Source: Chloroflexota bacterium
GTDB taxonomy: Bacteria > Chloroflexota > Anaerolineae > Anaerolineales > UBA11858
Length of the DNA stretch: 64,000 bases
Assembly: GCA_018263575.1 (NCBI GenBank)
Contig: JAANWX010000002.1
Coordinates: 7,552-71,551 of the forward strand
Direction of reading: 5' to 3'
The position numbers were made by a program, and so were the translations under genes. Positions within the stretch are counted from its first letter, which is position 1, and every line of letters begins with the position of its first letter. A model generated the notes under the pieces. It was not told the origin of the DNA and searched no databases. It saw nothing but the letters and a program-made list of their open reading frames with translations. Shown one piece after another: positions 1 through 8,223 of the stretch.

Positions 1-712
1 GCAACACACCCATCAGAACCAAAAAACCGTAGATGATCTTATCGAATTTCCCCTGGGGGATTTTTTTGTTGGCCCAACCGCCTATCAGGGTGGAAACAAG
101 GATCACGGGCAAGCAATAAAGGTAGAGGCGCACCACCGTGGGAGTCCACAGCCCCGCCAAACCATGGCCAATCAGGATGGCTGATCCAGTGGGCAAAAAA
201 TAGCCTTGCAGCGTGGCCCTGAACTTTTCGGGAGGCCACTTGCGCAGCATCCCATAAACCACCACCGGGGGGCCGTTGGTGTTGTAGGCCCCGCCCAATA
301 TCCCCGCTATTAGGCCGGTGGCGAAGGACCACTTTTCATTTTTCAACTGAGGAAGTTTGGGGGAGATCAAGTTGTATAAACTAAAACCGACTAACAAAAT
401 CCCTAGAATGGCTTTGATCAGCGGCTCAGGGGCCTCTTTAAGAAAAAATAACCCGATGGGAATGCCAATCCATGTTGAAACAACCAACCGCCAGGCGGCT
501 TTGACCTCCACTTTGCGCCAGGATTTTAGCAAAATGGTGAAGGCGATGGTCGAGGCCCCCATGGCCACCAGGGGTGTGGCCGTCTGCATGCCGACCACCA
601 GGGCCAGCAAGGGCATGGCAATCAGCGCGTCGCCAAATCCCAGAGCGGAACGGACGAATGTTGAGAAGAAAATGATAATAAGCACTGAGATCGGTGTGGT
701 AAGAGAGATCAT
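1..712 (-). CDS. TauE/SafE-family anion exporter (polytopic membrane protein); 3' end runs off the window
   Basis: Absent from the ORF track because there is no stop inside the window. My minus-strand translation from ATG 712..710 gives MISLTTPISVLIIIFFSTFVRSALGFGDALIAMPLLALVVGMQTATPLVAMGAS...GGAYNTNGPPVVVYGML... and stays open to position 1. It is helix-rich and TauE-like. Track ORFs 39..332(-) and 357..719(+) look non-proteinaceous. Confidence 0.6.
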   Translation of the reverse strand, partial: MISLTTPISVLIIIFFSTFVRSALGFGDALIAMPLLALVVGMQTATPLVAMGASTIAFTILLKSWRKVEVKAAWRLVVSTWIGIPIGLFFLKEAPEPLIKAILGILLVGFSLYNLISPKLPQLKNEKWSFATGLIAGILGGAYNTNGPPVVVYGMLRKWPPEKFRATLQGYFLPTGSAILIGHGLAGLWTPTVVRLYLYCLPVILVSTLIGGWANKKIPQGKFDKIIYGFLVLMGVL

Positions 713-789
713 TTATTAATCCTTAAACTGGAGACCTGCGGTCAGGGCTAAATGGCTGGTCAGAGACGCAGCCATAATCCAATATCCAA

Positions 790-821
790 GTCCCCGGCAC
801 TTTGTACTAGGTGCCGGGGAC
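790..821 (-). terminator. GC-rich hairpin just downstream of the rarD stop (possible terminator; weak U-tract)
   Basis: gtccccggcac-N10-gtgccggggac gives a perfect 11-bp stem, 17 nt after the stop at 839. The trailing sequence is only moderately T-rich. Confidence 0.3.
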
Positions 822-838
822 TTCCGAGAAGGGGACGT

Positions 839-1702
839 TTACCTTCGAACCATCATTCTCTCAACGGAAAAAATCAACAACGCCGCCCAAATGATGCTAA
901 AACCCAGCAAGCGCTCTCGTGAAAAATCCTCGTGATAAACGAAGACGCCGATCAAGAACTGCAAGGTGGGGGCGATGTACTGCAAAAATCCCAGCGTGGA
1001 GAGGTCGATCCGCCGGGCGGCCATCCCAAACCACACCAGGGGTACGCCAGTTACAATACCCGTTAGGGCCAGGAGCGCTGTTGTGGGAGCGGATATGTGC
1101 CCAAACGCGGCCTGTCCGTTCGCTTCCAGATAAACCAGATAGCCAAAAGCGGGAAGAAACATCAAGGCGGTTTCTAGGGTGAATCCATTAAGTGATTCCA
1201 GGGAAGCCGTTTTCTTGACCAAGCCATAAAGCCCAAAGCTCCCCGCTAAAGTGAGGGCTATCCAAGGCAAACGCCCATAGCTGATCGTGAGGTATAAAAC
1301 GCCTAAAAACGCCAAGCCGACAGCGATCCATTGCCAAGGGCGCAACTTTTCCCGCAGGAAGAGGACGCCGAACAAGACGCTCACCAAGGGGTTGATAAAG
1401 TATCCCAGGCTGGTCTCGACGATATAACCGGCTTTGACACCCCATACGTACGTCAACCAGTTGATGCTCAATAAAATAGCCATTGCTAAATAGGGGAGTA
1501 AACGTTTTTTGTTTTTCGCGAGGGGTCTGAATTCGTGCCAAGAGTTGTTGAGGATGACCAGGCTGAAAACAAACAGGAACGACCAGATCACCCTATGGCT
1601 TATGATTTCTAGGGCTGGGACATCGTGGATGAATTTCCAATAGATGGGAAGGATGCCCCACAGGCCGTAGGCCCCGAGACTGAATAGAATCCCTTTTTTC
1701 AT
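839..1702 (-). CDS. rarD: EamA/RarD-family (DMT superfamily) transporter
   Basis: 287 aa with about 10 TM helices. The N-terminus MKKGILFSLGAYGLWGILPIYWKFI..ISHRVIWS is typical of RarD. Confidence 0.8.
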   Translation of the reverse strand: MKKGILFSLGAYGLWGILPIYWKFIHDVPALEIISHRVIWSFLFVFSLVILNNSWHEFRPLAKNKKRLLPYLAMAILLSINWLTYVWGVKAGYIVETSLGYFINPLVSVLFGVLFLREKLRPWQWIAVGLAFLGVLYLTISYGRLPWIALTLAGSFGLYGLVKKTASLESLNGFTLETALMFLPAFGYLVYLEANGQAAFGHISAPTTALLALTGIVTGVPLVWFGMAARRIDLSTLGFLQYIAPTLQFLIGVFVYHEDFSRERLLGFSIIWAALLIFSVERMMVRR

Positions 1703-1784
1703 TCTAACTCCTGCTGTTTAGCGAACCTGGACTTCAAAAGTCTCGGAGGTGCTTTTGGAGAAGTTTCACGTACTCTTTCGCAAC

Positions 1785-1822
1785 TCGCCACTTGCCACAT
1801 GCCACTTGCCACTTGCCACTCA
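1785..1822. repeat. Degenerate heptamer tandem array (CTTGCCA/CATGCCA)n
   Basis: tcgccacttgccacatgccacttgccacttgccactcac. The same unit family recurs at 7077..7135 and 59773..59807. Confidence 0.85.
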
Positions 1823-1831
1823 CACCTCTCT

Positions 1832-1883
1832 CGATGTTCCCAGGTCTCCCGACCGGGAACCACACCCGACCGAAGGTCTCCCA
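1832..1883 (+). repeat. About 52-bp structured dispersed repeat (family F), copy 1
   Basis: cgatgttcccaggtctcccgaccgggaaccacacccgaccgaaggtctccc. It contains the hairpins gttccc..gggaac and gacc-gaa-ggtc. A near-identical inverted copy lies at 6881..6933 and a diverged copy at 51324..51366. Confidence 0.85.
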
Positions 1884-1950
1884 ACTCGCAAACTGCCCAA
1901 TCCGATTGGGCTTCTTGCCTACATGCCACATGCAAACTCGCCACTCCCCC

Positions 1951-3768
1951 CTACCCCACCAACTCTTCCAACCTATCCACAACTTCAGCCAGCGACGCGA
2001 AGGCCTTCTCCACAGGTTCGGGAGTAGTGAGGTCAACGCCGGCAGCCTTGAGGGCATCTAGCGGGTAGGCCGAGCTTCCCGCTTTCAGAAAATCGAGGTA
2101 ATCCTCAGCGGCATTCGGTTCCCCAGCCAGGACGCGGTCGGCCAGGGCGTGGGCGCCGGAGATTCCCGTGGCGTATTGGTAAACGTAGAAGTTCATGTAC
2201 ATGTGCCCAAACTGGGCCCAGGTGATGCCGATACGGTCGTGATCGAAAGCGATTTCTTCGCCGTAGCCTTCCTCGAAGAGATCGGCGGTCAAATCGGTCA
2301 TGCTTTGGGCATTGATGGGGGCGCCTTGTTCGGCGCGTTGGTGCATCTCCAGTTCGTAGCGCGCCAGGGTGGGCATGATGAAGAAGTAACGGTGGAAGTT
2401 GGACATGGTCTCTTCGATAAGGGCCAACTGGAAGGTGGGATCATCCTGAGTACGGAAGAGATAATCGCGCACCATGGCCTGGTTGAAGTTGGACGCCACC
2501 TCGGCCACAAAGAGGGAATACCGGCCATAGACGAAGGGCTGATTCTTGCGGGTCAGGTAGGAGTGCAGGGAATGGCCTAATTCATGGGCCAATGTGCTCA
2601 GGCTGAAGACATCGTCAGCATAACTCATCAGAATGAAAGGCTGCGTGTCATACCCGCCGCCGGAAAAAGCACCCTTGCGCTTGCCTTTGTTTCGGGAACG
2701 GTCTACCCAACGATTTTCCAGACAACCTTTACGGAGTGTCTCCACATACTCCTCGCCGAGGGGCGCCATGCCCTCGCAGATCCAATCCACGGCTTGGCGG
2801 TAGGGGATTTGGGGTTGGGCCTCCACCAGGGGAGCTTTGATGTCGTAAACGTGAAGCTGGTCATAACCCAGTGCCTCTCGGCGCACTCGCCAGTAACGGT
2901 GCCAGGTGGGCAAGTTCTCCTTGAAAACCTCAATCAGGTTATGGAAAACTTCGGTGGGGATGTTGTTGGGGAAGAGGGAGGCCTCCAGGGAGGAGTCGTA
3001 ACGGCGGGCGCGGGCGTTGAAGACATCTTGTTTGAAGGCCCCGGTTTGCACGCCGGCCAGGGTGTTCTTGAAAGCCAAGTAGCCGTCGGCGTAATTTTCC
3101 CAGGCTGTGCGGCGAACCTCGCGGTCATCGTGGGTGATAAGGCCGCGGATGCTGCTTTGCCCGACCTCCATTTCTGAGCGAGAATCGCCGCCGTCCCCGC
3201 CGCAGGCGGGTTCAAATTCCAGGTCAGCGTTGGTCAATGCGTTGTAGGTAGAAAAAGAAGTATTGAGCGGATCCATGGCCATGGCCAAGACTTCCTCCAC
3301 TTCAGAAGAGCGGACATGTTTCTTCTTTCGTTCGAGGTCTTCGAGGTATTGCCTGTAAATGGCCAAATCCGGCTCACCGTCCAGCCAGGCGAATAGGGTC
3401 TCGAAGCCGATGGCCATTAGCTCTGGCTCCACGAAGGCGGCGGCGGTGGATGCCTGAGCCATCAAACTTCGCCCCTGTCCGGAGCGTGCCGCGGCATCCT
3501 GGTTGGAGACATCCACGGAGCTGGCCAGCATACCGTAAACGATCACTTTTTGGGCCAGCCGCAAGGTTTCTTCCATTTTCGTGAGACAAGCCAGCAAGGT
3601 CTTAGGGCCTTGCTCCAGGGTGCCTTCGAATTCTCTCAGCGAGGGGAGTTTGGCTTTCACTTCCTCGTAGGCCGTTTGCCAGTCTTCAACTGTAGAAAAG
3701 ATGCTTTCGATATTCCAGGTTTCTTCGAAGGGGACTTCATTGCGTGCGGGTAGGATAGTTTTTGGCAT
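1951..3768 (-). CDS. pepF: Oligoendopeptidase F (M3B metallopeptidase)
   Basis: HELGH zinc motif (LAHELGHSLHS). The start is moved to MPKTILPARNEVPFEETWN (ATG 3768), which is preceded by aaggaatttatt. The track's 27-aa N-terminal extension just translates the (GGTGATG)n array. Confidence 0.9.
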   Translation of the reverse strand: MPKTILPARNEVPFEETWNIESIFSTVEDWQTAYEEVKAKLPSLREFEGTLEQGPKTLLACLTKMEETLRLAQKVIVYGMLASSVDVSNQDAAARSGQGRSLMAQASTAAAFVEPELMAIGFETLFAWLDGEPDLAIYRQYLEDLERKKKHVRSSEVEEVLAMAMDPLNTSFSTYNALTNADLEFEPACGGDGGDSRSEMEVGQSSIRGLITHDDREVRRTAWENYADGYLAFKNTLAGVQTGAFKQDVFNARARRYDSSLEASLFPNNIPTEVFHNLIEVFKENLPTWHRYWRVRREALGYDQLHVYDIKAPLVEAQPQIPYRQAVDWICEGMAPLGEEYVETLRKGCLENRWVDRSRNKGKRKGAFSGGGYDTQPFILMSYADDVFSLSTLAHELGHSLHSYLTRKNQPFVYGRYSLFVAEVASNFNQAMVRDYLFRTQDDPTFQLALIEETMSNFHRYFFIMPTLARYELEMHQRAEQGAPINAQSMTDLTADLFEEGYGEEIAFDHDRIGITWAQFGHMYMNFYVYQYATGISGAHALADRVLAGEPNAAEDYLDFLKAGSSAYPLDALKAAGVDLTTPEPVEKAFASLAEVVDRLEELVG

Positions 3769-3790
3769 AATAAATTCCTTGTTTAGTAGA

Positions 3791-3819
3791 TGGGGTGATG
3801 GGGTGATGAGGTGATGAGG
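3791..3819. repeat. Heptamer tandem array (GGTGATG)n
   Basis: tggggtgatggggtgatgaggtgatgagg, lying between the nadE stop and the pepF start. Confidence 0.8.
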
Positions 3820-3941
3820 TTTTTCTAAGCTAGAGCAGGAGGGGCACATCCTGCGGGCGGGGTATGGAGAATGGCCAAGCTCAGAATGAGCCGCCCTCAG
3901 AGCAGAAATTTGGGCATAACCCCGTGAATTTCTAGAGAACT

Positions 3942-4754
3942 TTAGGCAAAGGCGGGGAGGTTTTCTAGCGTAATCAGGGATTGTTGACCGATAGAAGCGG
4001 TGGGTGTGGGGAGAGTCTTGAAGCGGTAGCCTTTGGCCCGGCTGATGACCGTGTCCACAAACTCCTCCGCGAAACCAGCTCGGAGAGATTCTTCCACTGT
4101 GGCCCCTTCTTCCACCAGCAGGTGAAGCAGCTTGTCGACCGCTTCGTACGTGAAACCGAGTTCATCTTCATCGGTCTGGCCCGGCCACAAATCGGCGGAG
4201 GGAGGTTTGGTGATGATCTCTTCAGGGATGCCCATGGAGGCGGCTAATTGGCGCACTTGGGCTTTATATAGGTCGGCCAGCGGATTAAGGTCACAGGCCG
4301 CATCGCCGTGGAGGGTGGCGTACCCTAAGAGGATCTCGGTCTTGTTGCCGGTTCCTATCACCAGGCCCTGGAAGGCGGCCGCTTGGTCATAGATGCACGT
4401 CATGCGGATGCGGGCCATGACGTTTCCCCGGCGGACCGGCCCCGCCTTCGGGAAGTGGGCCAAGACAGCGTCAACCGCCTCGGTTATGGGGAGGGTCTGA
4501 GAGCGCACGCCCGTGGCCTCGATAACCATTTGGGCGTGTGCCAGCGATTCGGGAGAAGAAGTCTCATAAGGCAAGCGCAGGGCGAGGACATTTTCAGCCC
4601 CCAGGGCTTGGGCGGCCAGGTAGCAGCTTAGCGCGGAGTCTATGCCGCCGGAGAGGCCCAACACGGCACGCGTGAATCCGGCCGCGGAGAGGGTGTCGGC
4701 GAGGAAAGTGGTAAGTTGTTGTTGGGCTTTTACAGGGTTGATTTTTAAGGACAT
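3942..4754 (-). CDS. nadE: NH3-dependent NAD+ synthetase
   Basis: SGGIDSAL PP-loop motif. The start is moved to MSLKINPVKAQQQL (ATG 4754). The upstream 69 codons in the track translate the repeat array. Confidence 0.9.
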   Translation of the reverse strand: MSLKINPVKAQQQLTTFLADTLSAAGFTRAVLGLSGGIDSALSCYLAAQALGAENVLALRLPYETSSPESLAHAQMVIEATGVRSQTLPITEAVDAVLAHFPKAGPVRRGNVMARIRMTCIYDQAAAFQGLVIGTGNKTEILLGYATLHGDAACDLNPLADLYKAQVRQLAASMGIPEEIITKPPSADLWPGQTDEDELGFTYEAVDKLLHLLVEEGATVEESLRAGFAEEFVDTVISRAKGYRFKTLPTPTASIGQQSLITLENLPAFA

Positions 4755-4810
4755 GGGGGTGAGGTGATGAGTAATGAGTGATGAGTAATGAGTGATGGGG
4801 TGACGAGGGG
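4755..4810. repeat. Heptamer tandem array (GTGATGA/GTAATGA)n abutting the nadE start codon
   Basis: gggggtgaggtgatgagtaatgagtgatgagtaatgagtgatggggtgacgagggg. It fills the entire lgt-like/nadE gap. On the mRNA strand it is almost G-free and has no SD. Confidence 0.85.
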
Positions 4811-4815
4811 CGAGA

Positions 4816-5619
4816 TTATTCTCCGGAGGATGGCTCCTTTGGCTCCTCTGGTTCTTCTGCCTCCTCTCCCAGCGCAAAAAATGCCACAGCGGCGGCAATG
4901 GTGAAGATAAGGGTAAACCAGCTCTCCCAGCGCAGCCTCCATAGGTAGGGAGCCGGGTCAACGCGGAGGAGGGAGACGACCAGGTTGATCAGGGAGATGC
5001 CGCCCACGCTCAGGATGGCGGCCTGCCCCGGAGATGGTGACTGGTTGCGGTCCCGCAAAAGTTCCACGCCCAGGATAAGTCCCGCGCTGAGGACGGCGGC
5101 CACCGGCTGGAGGGGCCAACGATCCCCCACTGCTCCAAATTGGTCACGGACGGGAATCGTCCACCATCCCTCGGCTGGCGGCCCGTAGGCGCAGCCTTCC
5201 CCCCAACAGGCCAACCAGGCGCTGAAGGCCAGTGTGCCCAGGAGCGGGAGCAGGGCATCGGCTAATTTACCGGGATGATGTTTGGTGACCAGGCTGATCA
5301 ATCCCAAGGCGAGGAGACCGCCCAGTAATGCGCCGGGCCAGCTTAATCCCCCCAACCAAATTTGTGGGATTTCTGGGGCGTTAGCAGTGAAGTAGGCCCA
5401 ATTGCGGAGCACGAATCCCCCCCGCGCACCCAGTAATGCGCCCAGGCTGAGGCCGATTCCGGCATCCAGGTAGAAGATTTTACGCTCGGAGGCACGCCAG
5501 GCGGTGAGGAGGAGGCCGAGAATGGCCCCAGCCGTGGTTAGGATGGAAAATAGGGATAGGAATTGGGGAAGTTTTTGAATACTCACAGGGCAATAATACC
5601 ACATTTGGTTTGGTATCAT
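4816..5619 (-). CDS. Prolipoprotein diacylglyceryl transferase (Lgt)-like membrane protein, divergent
   Basis: It aligns by eye with E. coli Lgt blocks: LGALLGARGGFVL vs LGVFLGGRIGYVL, and IWLGGLSWPGALLGG vs VWDGGMSFHGGLIG. It has an acidic E/P-rich tail. The exact start is uncertain. Confidence 0.5.
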   Translation of the reverse strand: MIPNQMWYYCPVSIQKLPQFLSLFSILTTAGAILGLLLTAWRASERKIFYLDAGIGLSLGALLGARGGFVLRNWAYFTANAPEIPQIWLGGLSWPGALLGGLLALGLISLVTKHHPGKLADALLPLLGTLAFSAWLACWGEGCAYGPPAEGWWTIPVRDQFGAVGDRWPLQPVAAVLSAGLILGVELLRDRNQSPSPGQAAILSVGGISLINLVVSLLRVDPAPYLWRLRWESWFTLIFTIAAAVAFFALGEEAEEPEEPKEPSSGE

Positions 5620-5640
5620 GTATAATTCAGGTATAATTCA
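5618..5640 (+). promoter_or_regulatory. Tandem 11-bp duplication carrying two TATAAT boxes in the divergent lgt-like/GNAT intergenic region
   Basis: atgtataattcag gtataattcag. There are no good -35 elements, so this is only a candidate -10 region for the gene at 5701. Confidence 0.3.
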
Positions 5641-5700
5641 GGTGGGGATGAAGGCAATTATTAGCACGGGATTAATTTTAGTTTATTTGAGAGGTATTCT

Positions 5701-6846
5701 ATGAAAGCTTTGAAAATCAAGCAAGTTGAATCGAAAGAGGAGCGGCGGGAGTTTTTAAGTTTTCCCTGGGAGGTCTATAAGGAAAACGAGTATTGGGTTC
5801 CGCCTTTGTTTTCGGAACGCATGGCTTTTACTGACCCGGACAAGAATCCATTTTTTGAGCACGCTGAAGTGGATTTCTTTATGGCGATGCGGGGGGAAAA
5901 AGTGGTGGGGACGATTGCCGCTTTTACTAATCATAGCCATAATGAATTTCATGATGAGAATATAGCTTTCTTTGGCTTTTTCGAGGTTCTGAAAGATCCT
6001 GAAGCAGCCCAAGCGCTTGTGACGACGGCGGAGGATTGGGCCAGAGAGCGGGGGCATGATGCTCTGCGGGGGCCGGCGCAATTTTCGACGAATGATGAGT
6101 GTGGTCTCTTGGTGGATGGCTACGATGACCGGCCTCGGATTTTGATGACTTATAACCCTCCTTATTATGTGGATTATTTGGAAGACTGTGGTTATGGGAC
6201 AGCGATGGATTTGTGGGCTTATAAAATAAGCACGGGTATTTTCGACAAGAAAAGCGGGGAACGGTTGGCCCGGCTTGTGAAGAAGATCAAAAAACGCAGC
6301 AAGATCACTTTTAGAAAGATGAGCTTGAAGGATTTTGCGGCTGAGGTAGAGAGATTGAAGGGGATTTATAATTCTGCTTGGGCCGATAATTGGGGCTTCA
6401 TTCCTATGAATGACGCGGAGTTTGACCATTTAGCGGATGAGCTGCGCCCCATCGTGGACACGGATTTGGTCTTTGTGGCTGAAGTGGAGGGAAAGCCGGT
6501 CGGGTTTAGCCTCACCCTGCCAGATCTGAACGAGCCGCTCCATTTAGCACACCCCCATCCGGAAAGGCCCGAATGGTGGACGATGGTGAAGTTTGCCTGG
6601 TATTGGAAAATACGCAAGAAGGTGAGCTGGGTCCGCGTCTTTGCCATGGGCGTGATTCCTGAGTATCGGGTAAGGGGCATTGATGCTTTGTTTTATTACG
6701 AAAGCGCCAAAGCGGCCATCAAAAAAGGGATTCCTCTGGCTGAAATGAGTTGGATTTTAGAAAGTAATGATAAGATGAATGAGGTTATTCGCTCTTTGGG
6801 AGGAGAGGTTTATAAGACGTACCGGTTTTATGAAAAGGGGCTTTAG
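5701..6846 (+). CDS. Uncharacterised GNAT-like N-acyltransferase family protein
   Basis: 381 aa with RBS gagagg. The N-terminus ..EERREFLSFPWEVYKENEYWVPPL.. and the C-terminal acyl-CoA N-acyltransferase-like segment (VFAMGVIPEYRVRGIDALFYYES) support the call. Function is unknown. Confidence 0.5.
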   Translation: MKALKIKQVESKEERREFLSFPWEVYKENEYWVPPLFSERMAFTDPDKNPFFEHAEVDFFMAMRGEKVVGTIAAFTNHSHNEFHDENIAFFGFFEVLKDPEAAQALVTTAEDWARERGHDALRGPAQFSTNDECGLLVDGYDDRPRILMTYNPPYYVDYLEDCGYGTAMDLWAYKISTGIFDKKSGERLARLVKKIKKRSKITFRKMSLKDFAAEVERLKGIYNSAWADNWGFIPMNDAEFDHLADELRPIVDTDLVFVAEVEGKPVGFSLTLPDLNEPLHLAHPHPERPEWWTMVKFAWYWKIRKKVSWVRVFAMGVIPEYRVRGIDALFYYESAKAAIKKGIPLAEMSWILESNDKMNEVIRSLGGEVYKTYRFYEKGL

Positions 6847-6848
6847 GG

Positions 6849-6941
6849 ATAGGCGAGTGGGCGAGTGGTGGGTGGCGAGCTGGGAGACCTTCGGTCAGGT
6901 GTAGTTCCCGGTCGGGAGACCTGGGAACATCGTTGGCAAGG
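6849..6941. repeat. Composite inserted element: (GGCGAGT)n array plus an inverted family-F repeat, bracketed by a 25-bp direct duplication
   Basis: The direct repeats are 6824..6848 ggttttatgaaaaggggctttaggg and 6942..6966 agttttatgaaaaggagctttaggg (23/25 identical). Family-F copy 2 lies at 6881..6933. Confidence 0.8.
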
Positions 6942-7076
6942 AGTTTTATGAAAAGGAGCTTTAGGGGGGCGGGTGAATGATTCAATGGAAATTATACCGC
7001 TAGCAGGGATAGCGCTGGTCTTCGCGAAGCATAGCCTTGGGCTGCCCGACCGAGCGGCATAGTTCGGTGCAGTGTG

Positions 7077-7135
7077 CATGTGGCAAGTGGCATGTGGGCA
7101 TGTGAGCAAGTGGCATGTGGCGAGTAGGCGAGTTA
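7077..7135. repeat. Degenerate heptamer array (GTGGCAW/GTGGCGA)n upstream of nfeD
   Basis: catgtggcaagtggcatgtgggcatgtgagcaagtggcatgtggcgagtaggcgagttagg. Confidence 0.8.
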
Positions 7136-7154
7136 GGAGGAGGTAGTTATTATT

Positions 7155-7769
7155 ATGGATGTGACTGTGTTTTTGGATCCTAATCTGGTGTATTTGTTTT
7201 TGGTTGCTTTTTTCTTTCTGGCTGGGATCGCTATTCTGACACCGGGAACGGGTTTGTTGGAGGTAGGGGCTTTGTTGACCCTTGTCTTGGCGGGATGGGG
7301 CATTTCTAATTTATCCGTCAATGTATGGGCATTGATACTATTGAGCTTGGGGGTGTTGCCGTTTGTGATCGCTGTGCGCGCCTCGAAAAAAGTGCTCTAC
7401 CTGGTGGGTTCGATTGCTTCCTTGGTAATTGGCTCCTTGTTTTTGTTCAAGAGTGATGTCTGGTGGCGCCCGACCGTCAATCCAATTTTGAGCATTCTCA
7501 CTTCCGGGCTGCTGGGCGGGTTTCTCTGGATCGCTACGGTGCGGATTTTCGAAGCTGAAGCAGCTGCTCCTTCCCACGATTTAGCACGCTTGGTAGGCGC
7601 AACGGGGGAAGCTCGATCGGAGATAAAAGGTTGGGGCGAGGAAGGTTCTGTCCAGGTGCTGGGAGAGTTGTGGACTGCCCGCAGCGAAAGGCCGGTTAAG
7701 AAGGGTGAGTACGTTAAAGTCGTTGGTCGAACTGGGTTTGCCTTGGAGGTGGAGCATCTGGAAGAATAA
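7155..7769 (+). CDS. NfeD-family membrane protein (C-terminal OB-fold domain)
   Basis: Strong RBS ttaggaggagg. It has 4-5 TM helices followed by GSVQVLGELWTARSERPVKKGEYVKVVGRTGFALEVE, which is typical of the NfeD C-terminus. Confidence 0.7.
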   Translation: MDVTVFLDPNLVYLFLVAFFFLAGIAILTPGTGLLEVGALLTLVLAGWGISNLSVNVWALILLSLGVLPFVIAVRASKKVLYLVGSIASLVIGSLFLFKSDVWWRPTVNPILSILTSGLLGGFLWIATVRIFEAEAAAPSHDLARLVGATGEARSEIKGWGEEGSVQVLGELWTARSERPVKKGEYVKVVGRTGFALEVEHLEE

Positions 7770-8086
7770 GAAACCGCGAAGATGTTCTGAGTTATTATTA
7801 AGCATTTCCTTAGCCTGCACCAACTATGCCTACCAAGTTACAAATGGCGCCGCTTCTGGGAAACCTATCCATTCCCCTGCCTGGTGGCTGTGCTAGAATT
7901 AAATGACCGGAAACATCTCTGGTAAGAAATCTCGTTCGAAGAAATTATTGCCGGTGACTAATGATGATATACAGATTAAGTATTGCCCAAGATAGCGTTA
8001 TTGCATTATTCCTGATGGGCTACCCGCAGCTAGCTATCCTCATTACCATTACCATGGTGCTGCCGAGGCACCTTATTAGAAAAACA

Positions 8087-8130
8087 AACCCATTTCGAGA
8101 AACCTAGACCGAAATGGGTTTTTTGATTTT
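8087..8130 (+). terminator. Rho-independent terminator with no annotated gene directly upstream
   Basis: aacccatttcg-N12-cgaaatgggtt (11-bp stem) is followed by ttttttgatttt. It lies about 320 nt after the nfeD stop. Confidence 0.6.
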
Positions 8131-8223
8131 AGATAAACTCTCTTTTTGTAACTTGCTAAATGATGGCCCCAGAAAATTGTTTTGGAAATGTCCCCCCGAA
8201 CACTATCTAACTGGAGGTAAATT

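Noticed and set aside
39-719. Track ORFs 39..332(-) and 357..719(+) as genes
   Set aside because: Both translations are compositionally odd (R/G/P-rich or lacking any domain logic). A third frame on the minus strand gives a continuous, hydrophobic TauE/SafE-like protein from ATG 712 to the window edge. The track missed it only because it has no stop inside the window.
3769-4961. N-terminal extensions given by the ORF track for pepF, nadE, ilvB, pheA, clpC, the DagK-like gene, glpX and others
   Set aside because: The extensions translate repeat arrays or upstream gene ends (for example ..HYSSLITHHLTP before nadE). Conserved N-termini with RBSs start at internal ATGs. I adjusted the coordinates accordingly.
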